A stretch of DNA of 32,000 nt from assembly GCA_017164015.1 (NCBI GenBank), contig CP071065.1:3479918-3511917 (forward strand). The letters are read 5' to 3'. A program made the translations under genes and the position numbers. Below the pieces are notes generated by a model. That model was not told the origin of the DNA and made no database searches. It worked only from the letters and a program-made list of their open reading frames with translations. This stretch comes from Nostoc sp. UHCC 0702 (GTDB lineage: Bacteria; Cyanobacteriota; Cyanobacteriia; Cyanobacteriales; Nostocaceae). Of the stretch, positions 29,029 through 32,000 are shown one piece after another (position 1 is the stretch's first letter; the number at the start of each line of letters is the position of its first letter).

Positions 29029-32000
29029 CATGAAATTGCTTTGCTGGTCAATGACAGCAGCAATGGCATTAGGGTTACTGGTAAGCATTCCAAGGGAAGT
29101 GACAGGACAATCTCAGCCGCCACTGTCAGCACAACAGTCAGCAGAGTTGGAGGAAGCCAAGCGACTGAATCAACAAGTCGTTCAGTTGTATGGGGAAGGT
29201 AAATACAGTCAAGCCATCCCCCTAGCAGAACGCGCCTTGGCAATAACAGAGAAAGTACTGGGTGCATATCATCCTGATGTGGCTACTAGCCTGAACAGTT
29301 TGGCTGTACTGTACCGAGAACAGGGAAGCTATGAAAAAGCTGAACCTCTGTATCTACGTTCGCTGGCAATTAGAGAGAAAGTACTGGGTGCATATCATCC
29401 TGATGTCGCCAATAGCTTGAACAATTTGGCTCTACTTTACAATGCACAGGGAAGCTATGAAAAAGCTGAACCTCTGTATCTGCGATCTCTGGCAATAAAA
29501 GAGAAAGTACTGGGTAAAGAACATCCCTCTGTCGCCACTAGCCTCAGCAATTTGGCTGTACTATACCTAGAACAGGGAAGCTATGAAAAAGCTGAACCGC
29601 TGTTTGTGCGCTCTCTGGCAATAACAGAGAAAGTACTGGGTAAAGAACATCCCTCTGTCGCCACTAGCCTCAGCAATTTGGCAGCACTTTACCAAAAACA
29701 GGGAAGCTATGAAAAAGCTGAACCGCTGTTTGTGCGCTCTCTGGCAATTTTTGAGAAAGTACTGGGTGCATATCATCCTGATGTCGCCACTAGCCTCAGC
29801 AATTTGGCAGCACTTTACCAAGCACAGGGAAGCTATGAAAAAGCTGAACCGCTGTTTGTGCGATCTTTGGCAATAAAAGAGAAAGTACTGGGTGCATATC
29901 ATCCCTCTGTCGCCATTAGCCTCAACAATTTGGCAGCACTTTACCAAGAACAGGGAAGTTATGAAAAAGCTGAACCTCTGTATCTGCGCTCTCTGGCAAT
30001 TTTTGAGAAAGTACTGGGTGCATATCATCCTGATGTCGCCACTAGTCTCAACAATTTGGCAACACTTTACAATGCACAGGGAAGCTATGAAAAAGCTGAA
30101 CCGCTGTTTGTGCGATCTTTGGCAATAAAAGAGAAAGTACTGGGTGCATATCATCCTGATGTCGCCACTAGCCTCAACAATTTGGCAGAACTTTACCATG
30201 CACAGGGAAGCTATGAAAAAGCTGAATCTCTGTATCTGCGCTCTTTGGCGATTAGGGAGAAAGTACTGGGTGCATATCATCCTGATGTCGCCACTAGTCT
30301 CAACAATTTGGCAACACTTTACAATGCACAGGGAAGCTATGAAAAAGCTGAACCGCTGTTTGTGCGATCTTTGGCAATAAAAGAGAAAGTACTGGGTGCA
30401 TATCATCCTGATGTCGCCACTAGTCTCAACAATTTGGCAGTACTTTACGATGGACAGGGAAGCTATGAAAAAGCTGAATCTCTGTATCTGCGCTCTTTGG
30501 CGATTAGGGAGAAAGTACTGGGTGCATATCATCCTGATGTTGCCATTAGCCTCAACAATTTGGCTATGCTATACCTAAAACAAGGAAGCTATGAAAAAGC
30601 TGAACCGCTGTTTGTGCAATCTGTGGCAATAAAAGAGAAAGTACTGGGTGCATATCATCCCTCTGTCGCCACTAGCCTCAACAATTTGGCAGCACTTTAC
30701 CAAAAACAGGGAAGCTATGAAAAAGCTGAACCGCTGTTTGTGCGATCTCTGGCGATTAGAGAGAAAGTACTGGGTGCATATCATCCTGATGTCGCAGAAA
30801 GCCTGAACAATTTAGCACGACTTTACCAAGAACAGGGAAGCTATGAAAAAGCTGAACCGCTGTTTTTGCGATCGCTGGCAATAACAGAGAAAGTACTGGG
30901 TGCATATCATCCCTCTGTCGCCACTAGTCTCAACAATTTGGCAGAACTTTACCGAGAACAGGGAAGCTATAAAAAAGCAGAACCGCTGTTTTTGCGATCG
31001 CTGGCAATTTATGAGAAAGTACTGGATAAAAAACATCCTGATGTTGCCACTAGCCTCAGCAATTTGGTATCACTGTATTGGGCGCAAGGTGATATGATTC
31101 GTACTACTGACTTTCTCAGCCGTGAGCTAGAAGTTGAAAAGCATAATTTGCCACTCATCTTTGCTGTTGGTTCAGAACAGAGAAAACAAAACTATGCTAA
31201 AATCTTTACATCGTCAACCAACCTTGCTGTTTCTCTCGCCTTCCAAAAAGCTGCCAAGAATCCCACAGTATCACGCCTGGCACTAACAACAGTATTACGC
31301 CGTAAAGGGCTGGTACTAGATGCCGTTGCCGACAACATACAAACGCTACGCAGTCAACTAGCACAGAAGCCAGAAACGAAAAAATTATTAGATGAATGGT
31401 TGAATGTACTGCAACAGTTATCAACACTGGTATACAGGGGACAGGGAAAGCTAACACCTGAACAATATCAAGCGCAATTTAAACAACTAGAAGCAGAGAA
31501 AGAACGCCTAGAAGATGCTATCAGCCGTCTTAATGCTGAGTTCCGCACCACCACCCAACCAGCAGAGTTAGCAGCTATCCAAACTAAGATACCACTAGAT
31601 GCAGCTTTGGTAGAAATTGTGTTGTATAAACCATTTAATCCCAAAGCCAAATCAACTGAAAAATACGGCAAACCGCGTTATGCTGCGGCGGTGCTGCGTT
31701 CTTCTGGTGAACCAAAGTGGATAGACTTAGGTGATGCTGCGGCTATTGACAAGTCTGTGACGAATCTGCGAGAAGCTTTAGCAAACAAATCTCCTTTAGA
31801 AACGAATCAGGAGAACAAAAATAATGCTATTAAAGAAAATGATAACCGAGAAAGCGATCGCTCAATCTTCAAAGTTGAGCCTGTTAGCGATATCGCATCT
31901 GTGCAAAAACTCGCGCGGACATTAGATCAGCAAGTCATGGCACCCATTCGCCCACTGTTGGGTGATGCGCGTCATCTATTGCTTTCACCCGATGCACAGT
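29029..32000 (+). CDS. Signal-peptide TPR-repeat protein leading into a CHAT domain; the ORF continues past the right edge
   Basis: Absent from the ORF track because there is no stop inside the window. Manual translation gives MKLLCWSMTAAMALGLLVSIPREVTGQ..., then about 15 units of 42 aa (LAxLYxxQGSYEKAEPL[YF][LV]RSLAIxEKVLGAYHPDVATSLNN), then a helical linker. The last residues (..LLGDARHLLLSPDAQ) resemble the start of a CHAT domain. Confidence 0.85.
29236..31065. repeat. 126-bp tandem coding repeat (about 14.5 units) with a 252-bp higher-order duplication
   Basis: Read directly. The block around 30050-30300 recurs at about 30300-30550. The repeat creates long stop-free antisense frames. Confidence 0.9.

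Noticed and set aside
29236-31065. I considered whether a diversity-generating retroelement could explain the position-restricted variability of the TPR units
   Set aside because: The window has no reverse transcriptase ORF and no template/variable repeat pair with adenine-specific differences. The differences between units are not biased to A positions. Gene conversion plus selection is sufficient.
29567-31097. Long antisense and alternative-frame ORFs across the TPR array (for example the 321-aa minus-strand ORF at 29567-30532, plus the 60-78-aa ORFs at 29892, 30144, 30396, 30575, 30812 and 30900)
   Set aside because: Their peptides are periodic with the same 126/252-bp repeat (MICTQYFL..FSFFIASL..). 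They exist only because the repeat unit lacks stops in those frames. The plus-strand TPR frame has clear family motifs, a start codon and a signal peptide.

Overview
This window looks like chromosome from a filamentous, Nostocales-type cyanobacterium. The evidence is dense HIP1 palindromes (GCGATCGC), heptamer/octamer/nonamer STRR arrays in most intergenic gaps, hairpin MITE-like elements, and the gene content. I support about 20 protein genes and found no rRNA, tRNA or CRISPR array.

Core or ordinary genes:
- aroE
- an alpha/beta hydrolase
- a Uma2-type nuclease
- an HsdR-N-like nuclease-fold protein

Signalling genes: a 1520-aa histidine kinase whose N-terminus is an ETR1-like ethylene-binding domain, followed by about nine PAS domains. 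It is translationally coupled to a REC-PAS-HK hybrid kinase.

Accessory-looking genes, rich in predicted exported protease-family proteins and P-loop switch proteins:
- an edge-truncated TPS (FhaB-like) exoprotein placed divergently to a COP23 gene
- a 992-aa membrane protein with MshEN-like N-terminal segments and three near-identical 480-bp copies of the module that follows the P-loop in a neighbouring ATPase, but with no ATPase domain itself
- two AAA-like/STAND-type ATPases, one C-terminally membrane-anchored and one HTH-fused with a deviant Walker B
- a minus-strand operon of an exported CHAT protein with both catalytic residues replaced (His to Gln, Cys to Asn), a roughly 100-aa secreted protein and a secreted S8 subtilase
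- an edge-truncated signal-peptide TPR-CHAT protein with about 15 almost identical 126-bp TPR units that differ at only a few fixed positions

Other notable observations:
- a 31-bp dispersed element is inserted in frame in the subtilase and sits in triplicate behind an ATPase gene
- the same composite STRR cassette lies upstream of two unrelated genes
- a parvulin gene is interrupted by an in-frame TGA
- a motif array in a 1.2-kb non-coding island is phased at multiples of 21 bp

All functional calls come from reading motifs by eye. No database search was run.
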